A stretch of 64,000 bases of DNA from Camelus ferus (taxonomy: Eukaryota). The notes below the pieces were generated by a model. That model was not told the origin of the DNA. It worked only from the letters and a program-made list of their open reading frames with translations, and did not search any database. Position numbers and translations under genes: made by a program. Position 1 is the first letter of the stretch, and each line of letters begins with the position of its first letter. This document shows positions 49,261-62,795 of this stretch, piece after piece. The stretch is from contig NC_045697.1 in NCBI RefSeq assembly GCF_009834535.1, forward strand, positions 17,238,001-17,302,000, in the 5' to 3' direction.

Positions 49261-49411
49261 GAGGTTCAGCTTATTAACTATGTAGACCAGCAGCTGAAGG
49301 AAAGGAACAAATAAGAGAGTTATCATGAAGGCATAATCTGCCTGACTTGACAACTGACTAACAGTGAAAGGAGAAGGAAAATAAGAGATTGTGGCTGATG
49401 TGAGTTTTAAG

Positions 49412-49958
49412 TGTAGTAATTTATAAGAGTGGCCACGAATTCCCTCCCACCCACACACAGGCATGTCCTGTGGTGTGACCTTGCTGCTCCTCCCACCAAG
49501 AGGTAGAATCCATGTCTCCACTCCCTGCATCTGGGCTGGCCTTGTGACTTGCTCCAAACAAGAGAATAAAAACATGTTTTACAAGTTCTAAGCCTAGGCC
49601 TCAAGAAAACTTGCAGCTTCGTCTTGCTTGCTTTTCTTGGGAATCCTGTGGTCACTGCTCCATGAATGAGCTCGGGCTATCCTGCTGGATGATGGCCACA
49701 TGGGCACATGGCTCAGTGAACCCCAGACCCCCAGCCAACAACCAGTCATCTGTCAGCTGTATGAGTGAGGCTCTCAAGCACCAGCTGCCTGCTGACACAA
49801 GTGAACCTAAGCTGGATCCAGCAGAAGAACCGCCCGGCTGATCTCAGCCCACATTCTTGACCTTTATAAATGACACACATATAAATGGTGGTGGTTTTAG
49901 GACACAAGGTTTTGGGGGGGGTTGGTATACTCTGATACTGCAAAAGTAAACTGAAGTT
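49412..49958 (+). mobile_element. MLT1H/G-like MaLR LTR
   Basis: 'tggccacgaattc...ctcctcccaccaagaggtagaatc...tctgggctggccttgtgacttgct...agcctaggcctcaag...cagcagaagaaccgcccggctga'. Confidence 0.8.
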
Positions 49959-49974
49959 AACTGCAGGCAGGATG

Positions 49975-51900
49975 AGTATTGCACCCTTTCACCCAGATAA
50001 GGAATTCAAGAGCAACGCAACCTGAATGAGGAATTCTGTCCTCCACGCATTGTGCTTGAAATATCAATGGGACTGTCCAGAGCCAGTTGGTTCAACAGAT
50101 CTGGAGCTCAGGAGGGAGCTCTTGCCTGGAAACACAAACCTGAAAGGCAGGGATGTGACTGTTCTCCATGAGTGAGTAGACCGCCACAGGAGAGCAGGAA
50201 TAGAGTGAAAGGAGAAGGGATCCAGGTGTGGATCCCAGGAACACTGCACTTCAGGTCAAGCTAAGCAAGAGGGTCAATGAGGGAGAGGAGGAGAAGGGAT
50301 GAAACACAGGAAGATGCCACTGAAGTCAGAGGTCTTTCTCAACAAAGTCACAGAAATGTCTAGAAAAAAATAAAAAAGAACTATTAAGAGTCCCAGCATT
50401 TGGTAATCATGAGCCATTGCCAGAAGGAAGTAATGGTTGAACCCTTATTAGAAATCATCAAAAAGTAAGAGGGAGGGGAGGATTTGGAAACAATGAATAT
50501 CTACTGCTGAGCTTGGTGAAAAGGTCACCTGCCCTGGAACACTGCCTCTTTGCTCCAGGAATCTGAGTGCCACTGGGAGAAACCAACCTCACAGTCTGGA
50601 TTTATGACACTGAAATGTATAGTCACCTCAGCTGGGCCTTTCCTTCCATCCAACAAAAGGAGACAAGCAACCTCTAAAAGGAAGTGAAAGATTGATGGAG
50701 GAAACTTTAAGTATGGGAGTCGTACACTTGTTCCTAAATGTGTGACATCACAAAGCCATAACAATGGATCAAAGTCCTGGAGAGGAGGGGAGGGGACGAT
50801 ACTCACAGGTGCCAGGAAAGCAGGAGGTGGAATGATGGAGATTTCCAGATAGGAGCCAAAAAGAGTGAGGCAATCCACATCAGGTGACCACGAATCCCAC
50901 GAATCACCTGGGAAGGGAGCCAGCAGTGGGCAGGGCTGATGAGGGCAGTGGGCAGCATCTGGAGTTGCAGATGTGGACAGTGAGTGAGCCTGATGACCCA
51001 CACAGAGTTTGGTGGATGGCACTGAGGTTGGGGACATTAAAATCATAGAGGCATTCTTTAGCATGAATGGGTTTTTCCAACAGCAGGCAACTGCTTGCAT
51101 GTAGAAGCCAAAAGGCAGCTGACTGAACTGACCCAAGGCTGGGATTTTGTGGACAGATATAGAAGGGCAAGGGCTTGCAGGCTTTGGCAAGGGAGTGGTT
51201 AAAGACATGTACCATGGGCTCTGGGCTGGCTCCAAAAAGAGTGAGGGGGAAAGGATGGTCAATGAGCTGGAGAAAAGAGAGAGTTGTACAGGGACCAGAG
51301 AGCTTGGAAATCAGTAGGTGAGGGAGCAGAAAGGCTATGAGGCTGTGGTCACATATGATGAGACTGGAGGCAAAGGTACCAGGAACAGAGCCATTCCAAA
51401 GGACAAGGCCAGGGTGTGGGCAAGGTGACCGGGCCGCCAAAGCTCAGTGTGAGCTGATGTGTTGCAACTCAAGGCTAAGCCACTGGGTACGTCCTCCAGG
51501 CACAGACGCTGAAGATCAACCTGGTGGTGGCGGTTGGGGGAGAGAGGAGGCAAGATCCAAGTGTCCGAGCCCTCAGGGGACAAGGGGAAGTGGGGAGATG
51601 ATAAGGCAGCCAGGAAGCAGGGAAGGATACCGTCTATGGGAATTTCCCCTGGGGCCACAGGGACCATGCAGTTTTGTGTGATAGTGGCAAAATAATATTC
51701 TGGAAGCAACCATGACCACAGCTCCTCCTGGCCTAAAGGGTGTGGACAAATGAACAGCCACTGTCCCCCCAGAAATGCATTTTCTTAGGGAGGAATCAAA
51801 TTGTAATAAATGTAGGAGCTGGGGAAAGGGATTTTATATTGTTAATAAACCAAGGGTCCAAAAGCACTATTGAAAAAGCTGTGAGGAGGTCAATAGGGAA
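49975..51900 (-). mobile_element. long L2 ORF2 remnant reaching the endonuclease region
   Basis: Purine-rich L2-like DNA. Minus-strand translations contain decayed APE-like motifs GHLAHTLAL (cf. GHTLDL) and ICDHSLIAFLL (cf. LSDHxLLSF). Confidence 0.6.
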
Positions 51901-52499
51901 AAGAAGTGGGGTGAGCCAGAGAGAAATGGGAATGACCTTCATTGTGGTCATTCTTTTGTACAAGAGTTTCTATTTTCCCAAATATCTCTAAGACTTGCCA
52001 CGTCTCGGTCCAGACCAGACTGGCAATAGTGACGCTTTAGGATATAGTTAACATTCCTCTTCCCTTGGAATTATCTCAGGAATGACAAGACATACTGCTT
52101 AGAGTCCAGACTTGTTCCTAGTTGTGAAGTTTAAGCAGTTCCTTGAGTGGAAGAAGAAAGACTTTTCTCTCCATAGATCTCAACAGAACATCAGCCAGGA
52201 GGTTTTGCAGAGATAATATGCCCTAGAAAGAGAGGGGGAAACGCTCACCTGATAACCAGAGTTAAACTCTTGACATGAACTCTTTGTTTGGATCACCTGA
52301 CCCACGTTTTGTTCTAGCAGCTTGAAGAAACTTGAAACACTAAAGATTAAAGAAGGTCATCATCATTATAAGCATGATCTCTTGACTGACACGGTCATTA
52401 AAAAGGCTTATTTTGAAGTTTTCAAATGGACAAAGAAAATACTGTAACATGATTCATTTTCCAATAGCCTCCATTTGGTACTCTGACATGTAGTTCCTG

Positions 52500-53005
52500 G
52501 CAGGATAAGCTGGTGCATCTCTTCTGAGAGACAGTTAACACAAAAGTCTTAAACATTTTTATGCCCTTTACCCCAGAAGTTCTCCTACTGGGTATTATCC
52601 TGGAGAAATAATCACAGATATGCCCCAGGTTTAGTCATAACTGGCGACGACCTAAATACCCAATGTTTAGGAGGATGGTTAAATAAATGGTCCTATAATC
52701 ACACAATGGAATACTACAGAGACATTAAAAGGGATATAGAGGCATATGAATCATGACATGGCAAGTTAGTTATGATTCATGGAGCTAAAATCAGGTTGTA
52801 AAATTACTTACATGTGATACCGATTTAAAAATGAAATAGTACATAGGCCTAGAATAAAGACAGGAAGGAGGTGCATTAAAACAGTGTCTGGGAATATCTT
52901 TAGGTGTTTGCATTATGTATGGTTTTGATTTTCCTTTTTTTCCAAACCTTTCTAAGAAGAATCTCCAAAGCTAAAACGTATCACATCTGCAATAAGAAAA
53001 ATTAA
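52500..53005 (+). mobile_element. L1ME-type ORF2 end and 3' UTR
   Basis: 'atgccctttacccagaagttctcctactgggtattatcct...cctaaatacccaa...ggttaaataaatgg...caatggaatactac...cattaaaa'. Confidence 0.7.
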
Positions 53006-54719
53006 TAGTGTGCTTCTGTCAGTTTCCTGGCATGAAACATCCAAAAACAGCACCTTAGAAAGTCAAGTTTAACTATATTTTTTAATTAAGTAGTAAAACA
53101 TCCAGAAAGAAAGTATTCCTTATATTTTAAAAGGCAGAACAAAAGAATTGTTTGTCCTAATTTTGAAGAGGAAACTCCTTTTTTAGCAAAAGTCCTTTTG
53201 GGTTGGTGCTTAAAGGAATGTTCCTGCCTCTATGTTCTGATCCTTTTTGAAACCGGGGCTGATATCTGTAAATTCCCAGAAGGAGTCAAAGGTTATTTTT
53301 CTATCCAAATGATTAATAAAGATTTCAGCATCTATTTCAAGCCCTGCACTGTATTTAATGTGTGGTTCATGTAAATAATATTTTAAAAAAAGTGAGGCAT
53401 TTATAAATCAAATAAGAAAAATCTGCAACTATTTAAGTACAACAGATACAAGAGAATTAATAACAGCAAGCATTCACGCAATGCTGACTATTTATGAAGA
53501 CTTTTAAAATACCTTTTCTGCCTAAATATAAGATTGGGCATTTTCCCAAAATTCTCCCGAAAAGAGGGATATTCAAATATTTTCAAAGGCTCTCATATTA
53601 CAGAACATTCTCTAATCACTTTATTTCAACAACTAAGTAATGCTTGGGGAAGACTCATTAGCCTAAAATGACGTCAGTCTATGCTTTTTTGAGGTGCTGT
53701 GAGAGGTCACTTGACAGAACCAGTTAGAGAGGAAGCAAAGACGTTTAATACAGATTTAGTCATTGCTCCTGGAGTGAGGCCCCGCAATGCAAATGTCTGA
53801 TATCATTGTAAACAAGCATTTTAAAAATAACTACCTAAATGAGTATAATGCATATTTATTTAACATTTATTTTATTTCTGGGTCTGTACTCAGTGCCACT
53901 GTAATAAAAAAGGTTTCAGAAAGCAAGCTCTCCTTCCACTATAATGATCCTGACTAAGAGAACGCTTTACAGTTTATAAACACTCCCCCAAACATCATCA
54001 TACTCGATTTTACTACTACAGTAAAAGAAGGAATATGGCCAAACTTCCGGGGAAATGAACCAATATTTATTTTAATACACATAAACAGGAATCAATGCAT
54101 TGGGTTTGTTTGTTTGTTTGTTTAGAAATTTGCTCTTTAAGACCAGTTAAATTGGGGGAAATAACTTTAAAATTATTTCTAATGCATCTGTTACTAGCAG
54201 AGTCAAAAAATCAATTAGCAATGGAGTCCTACTTCCTAAAATAACAAGCCTTTGACAAACATTGTAAAGATGATTCTATTCCCTTTTACAACTTTTATTT
54301 TGGCTCTTTTCACGATGCTCTGTAACCCTGTCAGTTTGACATCACAAAAAGGAAGTAAAGGATTTCGTTAGCACTACTGCATGGGCCGCAGAGTGTGTCC
54401 TTAACTTCAGATGCTACTTGACTTTCTAGCTTGGATGACTAATTTTAATCCAGAAAACATTCAGCAGTCTATTAAAATGCAATAAGATCCAAAATAAAAC
54501 TTTACGTTTGATTTACTGTAAAATTAAACCGTTCTCTTGACGTTGTCAACAGAGCAGATTTTTAAATGATGCCAAGACCTTAACTTTCAACTAGGTTTGA
54601 AAGCTTTCTTGCTTGCTTATGACAGAATAGAATAGAAAGCATTGGGACTGCTGGGGGGATGACCGCAAATTCACCCTTGGAAGGCCTTACTTGTAAATTT
54701 CCAAAGTTGGACTAATGAC

Positions 54720-54901
54720 CCCATCACTTCACCCCTTCTATTCTCTATGTAACATTATTTTTCTTTCTTGATACTTCACACAGTTTAAAGGAGAGAACTG
54801 ATAAATGGATGGATGGATGGACAAATGCACAGACAGGGATGAACAGATGATAGATTGATATGTGTATACATATGTATATAGAGACAAAAGGATTTAAATA
54901 T

Positions 54902-54936
<35 letters not shown>

Positions 54937-55045
54937 CTCATAAATGTCATGTGATCTTTCTCCCTCCTACTAAATTAAAGCTCCTTGAGGGCAGGGACAA
55001 GCACAATAAATTGTACATGCTCAATAAAATCGACTGAATGAAAAA
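54720..55045 (+). mobile_element. L2 3' end containing simple repeats
   Basis: 'taaagctccttgagggcagggac...gctcaataaaatcgactgaatgaa'. Confidence 0.6.
54902..54936. repeat. (TA)n(TG)n microsatellite
   Basis: Compound dinucleotide repeat. Confidence 0.95.
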
Positions 55046-55099
55046 AAATCAACAAGAATCAAAAAAAGGAACAACCCTTAACAACTACTCCGTAACAAA

Positions 55100-55400
55100 T
55101 TTCTCCTGTGCTTTCTTTCTGCCTGGACTGTCCCCTCTGCCTCATTGCCACCCTCATTCTCACCAGCCCAAATTCTCCCCATTTTTCAAAGCCTAAACCA
55201 AATGTCACTGCCTCCTTAAAGTCCTGCGATTCTTCCAGCCAACAGGAAACTCCCATCATCCAAATGACCGCAGCACTGTTATGTGCTCCTTTCTTAAAGC
55301 ACTACCCATTTTCTAACCTTCTCTGCATAGAGATGAGGCACCACTAGAAACCCACCCCCATGCTGAAGGCAGCAAGTTTTATTCATCTTTGATTTTCCTC
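55100..55400 (+). mobile_element. L2 fragment
   Basis: 'ttctgcctggactgtccc...ttcaaagcc...aaatgtcactgcctcc...gaaggcag...ttttattcatctttg'. Confidence 0.55.
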
Positions 55401-55425
55401 TATCATCCATGGGTTCATCCACCTG

Positions 55426-55702
55426 AAGGCAACCCAGCATGGTGGATAAAACGTGGGCTCAGAAGCCAAACATGATAGGTACAAATCCTGACTGGATCAC
55501 TTATTGGCTGTGTAATCTTGGTTGAGTCACTTCACCTCTCTGTGCCTCAGGTCCCGCGTCTGTAATAGGTAATAAGCAATACTGATAATAGTACCTACTT
55601 CCAGGATTATTTTGATGACAAAATGAGTTAATCTCTGTAAAGCACTTTAAAGGATTTCTGGAAGGTTATAGGAAGTGTTAAATGCAAGGATTCTATTATT
55701 AT
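55426..55702 (+). mobile_element. MIR, near full length
   Basis: 'caaatcctgact...cacttattggctgtgtaatcttgg...gtcacttcacctctctgtgcctcag...ataatagtacctact...aaatgagttaat...tgtaaagcactt'. Confidence 0.8.
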
Positions 55703-58700
55703 CGAGTCAGTCTAATGTACTGAGAGTCTACTACCATGCACCAGGTACGTGGCTGGGCTGCCACATCAGTAGGGACTCTGTAAATATTTGAGGACTGGCC
55801 AATAGGACCTAACACTGACTCAAGCTCTTCATTACTCAATAACAAAGGCCTTGCCAGGTCCAAGGTCTCACTTTGTCTTAATAAACATCCTAGGGTTGGG
55901 TATCATCATTCCTCCTTTCATGCAGAAGCACATGGAGCCTTTTCTGCTTGGAACTGCACAAGCACATACTTGATGGTGATAAGTCTCCACAGTGTTCACC
56001 TCGCAAGCCCTCCAACTTCCAGAGATTTTTTTTTTCCCACTCCCTCCTGCAGCTCCCTCGACTTCACTCGAAGCGTCTTTTTTAGCATCTGTTCAGCCTG
56101 ACTCCTGTCATTAGATACATTCTTGTGTGTTTATAATGCACCACTGATTTGTTTCAGACTCAGTCGTGGGATCTAAAAATAAAGTGATGTTGAACATATT
56201 TCTTTGCATATTAACTTTAAAGAAATAGATTAATCTTTTAGAAATAATCAAAAATGAATGATTCACTCAGCATGTAGCAGTTACCAAAAAATAAAGAATT
56301 AAAATTAAAACCCCTCAGATTCCCACTTTTCTTTCTTTCTCCTCTCTGACTTTATTAAGTATATACCTCATAACTTTTCATTTTAAAAATTAAGGGAGCT
56401 AGGGAGCCTATGGGAAACCAGTCATGTTCTCCCCTGGGGAAGAACATGATTCCCCAGCTGGGCATACACTCTGCAGCCTTAAATGAAAGCTGGATTCATT
56501 ACTCTCCAGGTCAAATTCCCATATTCAAAAGTGACACTGCAGAATGGTCCTCGTCATTCTAAGACATGGAGTAAAGAGCAGTAAGTAAAGGGACACATAT
56601 AAAGGTATGAAAGTTGCTTGCTGAAATTTCAACCATCTTCCAACACATCTGTTTTGTCTATTACAGGCCAGGCAGGACGAGGGGTCCAGAAGAAGGCAAG
56701 GTTCCTTCCCCAGGGAGCTTCCTAAGAGATATGGGAGGTGAGACGTCCCCTTCAACAGCGATGGCATAGGATGGAAAGGGTTATGGGCAGGAAGTGATGG
56801 GAGTGGGACAGGGAAATTAACTCTTGCTGATATACAAATACGATCCATCTATTTGAGAAATCATTTTAAATGTTTCCCCCCTTCAGCACACACTCACACA
56901 CACCCATTTTGACTATATGCTTGTCTTCTTTCTTTGGTGCCTGAAAACACTCTCTCACTCATGAGCCCTTGGGTGTTTATCTCAAGCCACCGACTAGGCT
57001 TGGTGGCATTCTTTTAGTCAATTCGATGCTTTCTTATTCCTCAGAAAGGGTTACATCTGCAAATAAATATACATTCTGGCTGCAGCACTAAATAATGAGG
57101 CAAACTGCAGTTTATAAAATGCAGTCATTCCACGCCACATTTCATTTTGGAAGAGGGAGGGCTACAGTCAACTGTGAACAATTACCAAATCGTCAATGGA
57201 ATTCAATAAATGTTGTTTAAAAAAACTAATTATTTGTTACAATAACCAGCTACTACTGCCACTTTGTATTTGGAGGTTTGTAAACTACTTCCATTTGAAA
57301 TGTAATTGATTCCATTTTTATCATTTGTTCAAGTTTATGTGGTTGTTCTCATCCTAAGAGATGATAACATCTATTTTCAGCAAATTATACATTATAATTC
57401 CTCATTCAAAAGCTGTAACAGAAAACAAAATGCTAATTTATGCTGTAAACGAAACTACAGAATCATAATCATTCATTGTTAACTTTAGGGACTGGCCTGC
57501 TACTGGAAATAATAAACTGGAGCAAAATGTGGCAGAGGTTGTTGGTTTGAGTTTTCTTTCTTTCTCTTTGTGCTTTTCTTGCTTGTTTTGTTTCGTTGTT
57601 GCACAACTAACACAGTTTCTAATACGCTTTTAGGCAAGAGATTACATGGATGTTCTGTCTTCTCCCACATATAAGCCAGACATTCCCTGCCCCATAGCTA
57701 TTACCTGCAGTTCGATATTTCAAATCTACAGGAAGATGTGCTCACAAAGCCAGCAGACGTGCACACCGAAGGGGGGCCGCATATTAGAACCACACACCTG
57801 ATTTCCCACATTTCATGAAGCCTCTACGCCCACATCTCCCTTTAGGGCAGGGATCATCCCCTTCCCCCTGCCTCTCCCATATAGGCATCCCCCGGCACTT
57901 CCTCGTCAAGGTGAGCCTTCCCTGTGGCAAGCATCCCCTCTGTAACAGGGAATACATGGAATAAACAAACAAACAGAAAGCTGGCAACTTTAGTACATCA
58001 GGTCTATTCTTATGAACCAAAAAATAGGGGGAGGGGGCGTCTGGTTCCATATCATAGACACTCTGCTTTCCTTAAAATTACTATCTTCAAGTGAAAAAAT
58101 GGTAACATCACCTAATGGCATTTTCTCCGTTCCTCTTTTTAAAAAATGTATAACCCAAAAGAAAGAAATATTCCAATATAATTATTAGATCAAAAATGTG
58201 AATTCTCTTAAGGAACCAAAAAGTCACTCGGCCATCTAGAGTAAATCACTTTTCTGCTGCCCTTTTATTTTATGCCGTCTGCTGTCCACATTCACCTCTC
58301 CACCAGCAGAGTGTGATCATTGATTTCCTATGGTCTCTCTGGAAGGAAGTTCTGCTTCCTTGATGATGACTACAAAGGGAGAGGTGACCCCATTCTCATT
58401 CCAATGCAGACTCTGCACTTTTACATCTCCGCCAGGGCCACAGGAACGTGAAACCAGAGAGACACTCTTTGCCCTCTTCGTAGAGACTGTCTTGCTGTAA
58501 CTACTGACATTTAATGTTTCCCCTCCCCTTCCCACAACTATACTTTAGAAGATCATAACACAAGGGATGAACCACTAAAAGGCTGAGTTCATGATGGACA
58601 TAAATGTTAGGTGCGTGATTCGGAACAGAAGACACCTGTTATAACGTGGTCATGATGAGAAAGGTAAATCTCAGTCTGAGTCACAAACAAAACCAACACA

Positions 58701-59154
58701 GCACAAACCCAAAATGACACGAGTTTGCTTATAAAAGAGTGAGTTATGCCTCTAAAAACATATGTATTCATATACATATATGTTCTACATAAATATATAC
58801 GTAAGTTAGGGTTTTGGTGCATCTGAATGATTATTTTTAAAATTATTCCATTCATGTATCTTAAAATTACATTTCTTCTGTAAAGTGTTATCTTACTGAT
58901 GCTCACGTACATTTGGAACGAGCCCTCCACTAAATCGTGATTCTGATGTTGGGAGCTGGCAATCGGAAGACTTTGTCTCTCTCTCAAACTGGATCAAGCA
59001 TTCCAACCAAAAAGAATGGTGAAATCAAATTTAGTCCATCACCAAGAAAAAAAATAAGTAAAGCATCAGGTAGTTATGATTGATTTCACCAAAACAGAAG
59101 ATATCACCCCGTTCCCAAGGAGAATTGTGTCTGGTTATATAAATAGCCAGAAAA

Positions 59155-59195
59155 CACTATATTCAATTTAAAAAAAAAAAAAGTTAAATAAATAA
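59155..59195 (+). mobile_element. ultra-short retroposed insertion (L1 terminus plus A-rich tail)
   Basis: cactatattcaat plus A tail between perfect 16-bp direct repeats ataaatagccagaaaa (59139-59154, 59196-59211). Confidence 0.75.
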
Positions 59196-59344
59196 ATAAA
59201 TAGCCAGAAAAACATGAGCAAACTTCAACAAGTGAAGGAGAGGTCCACTATTTCATGGAGCTGGCAAATGAATGACAGCATAATGAACTTGCTACAAATG
59301 TACATGTGGCCACACGACGTCTTTACGTTGTACTGGAGAGTAGG

Positions 59345-59540
59345 TCCAGTGTGGATAGCAAGAGTCAGCTGGGACTCTGAGCTCTGAAACCAGACTGCTG
59401 GAGGCTATCCTGGTTTTTCACCTAACGAGCACTGAGGTCTTAACTCTCTGTGCCTTATTTGCTTCATCTATAAAATGTGAATGATAATAAAAGTAGCTCT
59501 CATATGTTGTGGAGATTAAATGAGTCAAATACATTGAATT
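59345..59540 (+). mobile_element. MIR
   Basis: 'cttaactctctgtgcctt...ttcatctataaaatgtgaatgataata...gttgtggagattaaatgagt'. Confidence 0.7.
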
Positions 59541-62500
59541 AAATATGTTTAATTTGGAACGGAGTTAATAAACTGTAGCTGTCCTCACTGCACTTTGGTT
59601 CCCAGGTTTCAGGCTAACAGAACTTTATACAGAAAAGGGAAAAATACTTTCAAGCAGTGTCTTAAGGAAGCTAGCCTTACTGGAAGACCCACAACCAATC
59701 CAAGTTACTACAAGTCTCTTTCATTTTTGTATCTACTGAAGAAAAACCCAAAGTTGGAGAAACTGGGGTTGGGTGAGCTGGATTTATAGGTAGATTTCTA
59801 AAATTTATTTAAGGTAAATATATAGAAATGTACCTAAAAACTAGTTTCCAGTTCATATGCACATCTTCAGAATTAATATTAAAAAAAGTCCAATTTATAC
59901 TTTTTAAACTTTAATATAATGGCTTTCCAAAAACCTTGTAAACAGAAGACACCCCCAAGTCTTGGCTCATCTTCCTGTATTCAAACATTGTTACTACTTT
60001 AATAATTATGAAATACCCAGAAAAGAAGGGGAAAAAATATTGAACTCTTTATAGTACTTGGACTGATGGAAAAGAAGTGTTCCTCAGTGGGCTGCTTCTG
60101 CTTTGACCAACCATATTGATGGAAGGAATGCCAAGCCAAAAAAAAAAAAAAAAAGGCAGTCAGCACAAGCATTCAACAACTTACCCAAGTCCATTCTTAA
60201 TTCTGCACTGAAACATCTATCCTGCTTGAAAAGATAGCATGAGTACAAAGAATCACAAGTACTGGCTAACAAAGGTCCAAGGCTGAATTCAAAACAATCG
60301 CTGTCTACTCTAAGAAGATAGTGTGTGTCCCTCTAAAGGTGTCATTTTCTATTTCTGTTCTGGTAAATGTGAGGGAGTGGCAGGGGTAGAGGGGAGAGAA
60401 AGAACAGTTAAAAAGCAGAGTCTGGTGGTGATGTCTTTTTCACAAACTCCGGTTAAGCTACCCAGTAACCAAACAACTGGTCAATCAGATGAATAGTCAG
60501 ATGTCTGGCCTCATGGACACCCAAGCAGTCAGCTAATTGGCTCCATTTTTCACTTTCAATTGATTGCTTCAATATCACACAGACCTGGGTGGCTTTGATT
60601 GGGGCTTACACAGGGACAACTAATAAGGTGACCCAGGTACAGGCGGCATGCAGGAATGACCACCCCGCAGTCAGCTTCATGATGGAGCTGGAAAGCTTAA
60701 ACTACGGGAGAGACTCACAGGTTGAAAAGCACAACATAAAAAGATAGAACTGGGTTCTGGAAGCTTGCACTACTGCCATCCCTAGGCGTGAAACTGTAAA
60801 TTAAAGAATGGTCTGTTGTCTGCTACACTGAGCCAAACCAGAGACATTTCACAGACACACTTTAATTGGGGTTTTCATTCTAATTGAAGAAATAAATTCC
60901 ACCTAAGCAGATGCTCCCCGCCCCCACTCTCCCTATGGTATGTTTTGCATGTTGGCAAGTGGGTGCAAAATTTCTGCAACATGGTCTCTTCAGATATAAG
61001 ATGGAATTTCCCAGTTTTTAAATGGTAACAGATGCCGTTTCGGCTCTAATACACATTGGGCTCTCTCCAAACAAACAAAAATCACCCCAATCCACCCCCC
61101 AACCCAGCGCTTTAATAATAAAATGTCACAGAATAACTAAAAACCTTCCAGTCAGCAATGATTCGTGTTTGGGTGTTTTGGTTTTGGTTTTGTGTTTAGT
61201 AATGAATAAATGCCCCAGTTGTTTCCAAATTTCCAGGTCTCTATATAAAGAACCCCCATCTTCATTATTTTTTTCACTTGCTTGTTTATAACCAGAGGTG
61301 TCATAATCATGTTTCTTGTGAAAATGAAAGTAATCAAAATGCCTTGTGATTCCAGGAAAAGAGCTTCTTAGGGAGACATGCCTGCCTGCTATTGATGTTG
61401 TAAAAAGGCTCCTTTTACATGGTATTAGAGGTTGAGAGCATATCATATTGATCTAGAAATAAAAAGCTTGATTTTATTTTTTTAGTACAGTGAACCCTTA
61501 CCTTCAAAAGCACTTTATAACACTAGGCATAGGGTTTTATTTTTAATTGATGTAGAGTAAACAAATTATATTTGAAGAGCATTGCTATTTTTAGGGAATG
61601 GGGAGGCTTTGTGACCTTTTTGGCAGCAATTCAGGCAAACATTATGAATAAATTTCACTCTTTCAAATTTGGCCCAGGCCTCCCCCTAGCAGCCCTGCCC
61701 AGAGTCCAAGATGAGAGAGTTAGGGTTGCCTTTGTTTAATCCTTTTTCTCTGAAGGAATAGTTAGGAGCCGGTTTCTTAGTCATTTTCCCATGCTCAAAT
61801 GCTGAAAATGCAAACTGGAGATCCCTAAGAATTACCTAGATCCTTGCACACATATATTCTTCATCTCTGACAATGGTGACAGGGCCGCCTTGGAAACCGC
61901 AAATCCTGGTAAGGCGCACTGCCTGGCTGCATTTACCTCCAGAGATTAAAGCCTCTGTAGCACTTGAGGGCACCTCTCTCTAATGATGTACATCTCTCAT
62001 TTGTTTCTGTACTTCATCTTAAAGTTCATACCGCACCACTGGAAGAAGAAATCAATATTTTAAATAATCTCCCTTTCCCCACCGTGCAATGCCACTGCAC
62101 TGAGAGTAGCACGCCACCCAGTACCGGCCTGGGAGCTAATCGTCCTCCACAGAGCAGCGCCAGCTGCTTCGTCAGAAATTCTTTCCGATTTTCTTAGCAA
62201 CATGAGTCTCCCTTTCTAGAACAAAGATCTCGCCTTTTGGGAAAATGCTTTTCCAAATCAAGTTAAACTAACTTTACCAGGACAAACCGATAGTTTTCCT
62301 CTTTTGAAAACGCCCCCCAACCCCTTCTCTGGTTCTCTCCTTCCTTTACTCTTATCCTGCCCCGCACCCCTCTCTCTCACCCCACCTCATTTGGTTTCCA
62401 AGGAGTTTGCACGTGATTGCCTGTCTTGCAAAATCGGGCCGTAGCCCTTCGCTTTTAAACGCTCTCAAACGAATTGTTTCCTATCTCGTTAAAGATGTTG

Positions 62501-62795
62501 CCAATCTCCCATCGCTGTAAAGCTGTATCACTGAGTGCTTCCGTACACCCAATTCTCCTTTCTACCTTCCTTGGGAAGAAAATAAATTGCTCGAGTTTCG
62601 CGGCCCCGAGGTGCAGGTCGGAGGTACGCGCCTAGAAACTTATCCTAACGCTTCTGACTCCAGAACTGGGGGGCGCGGCACTGCCAAGGAATCCCGAACC
62701 CGGGCTGGGCTTGTGTGGGGTGAGTGGTTCAAGCCTTTCCTACGCGTCTCGGTCCTCAAAGACGAGATGGGGTTGGTTTCTGACTCATCGACAAT

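Noticed and set aside
50525..51709. 245/178/124-aa minus-strand ORFs as a gene
   Set aside because: They lie within a decayed L2, with motifs scattered across frames.
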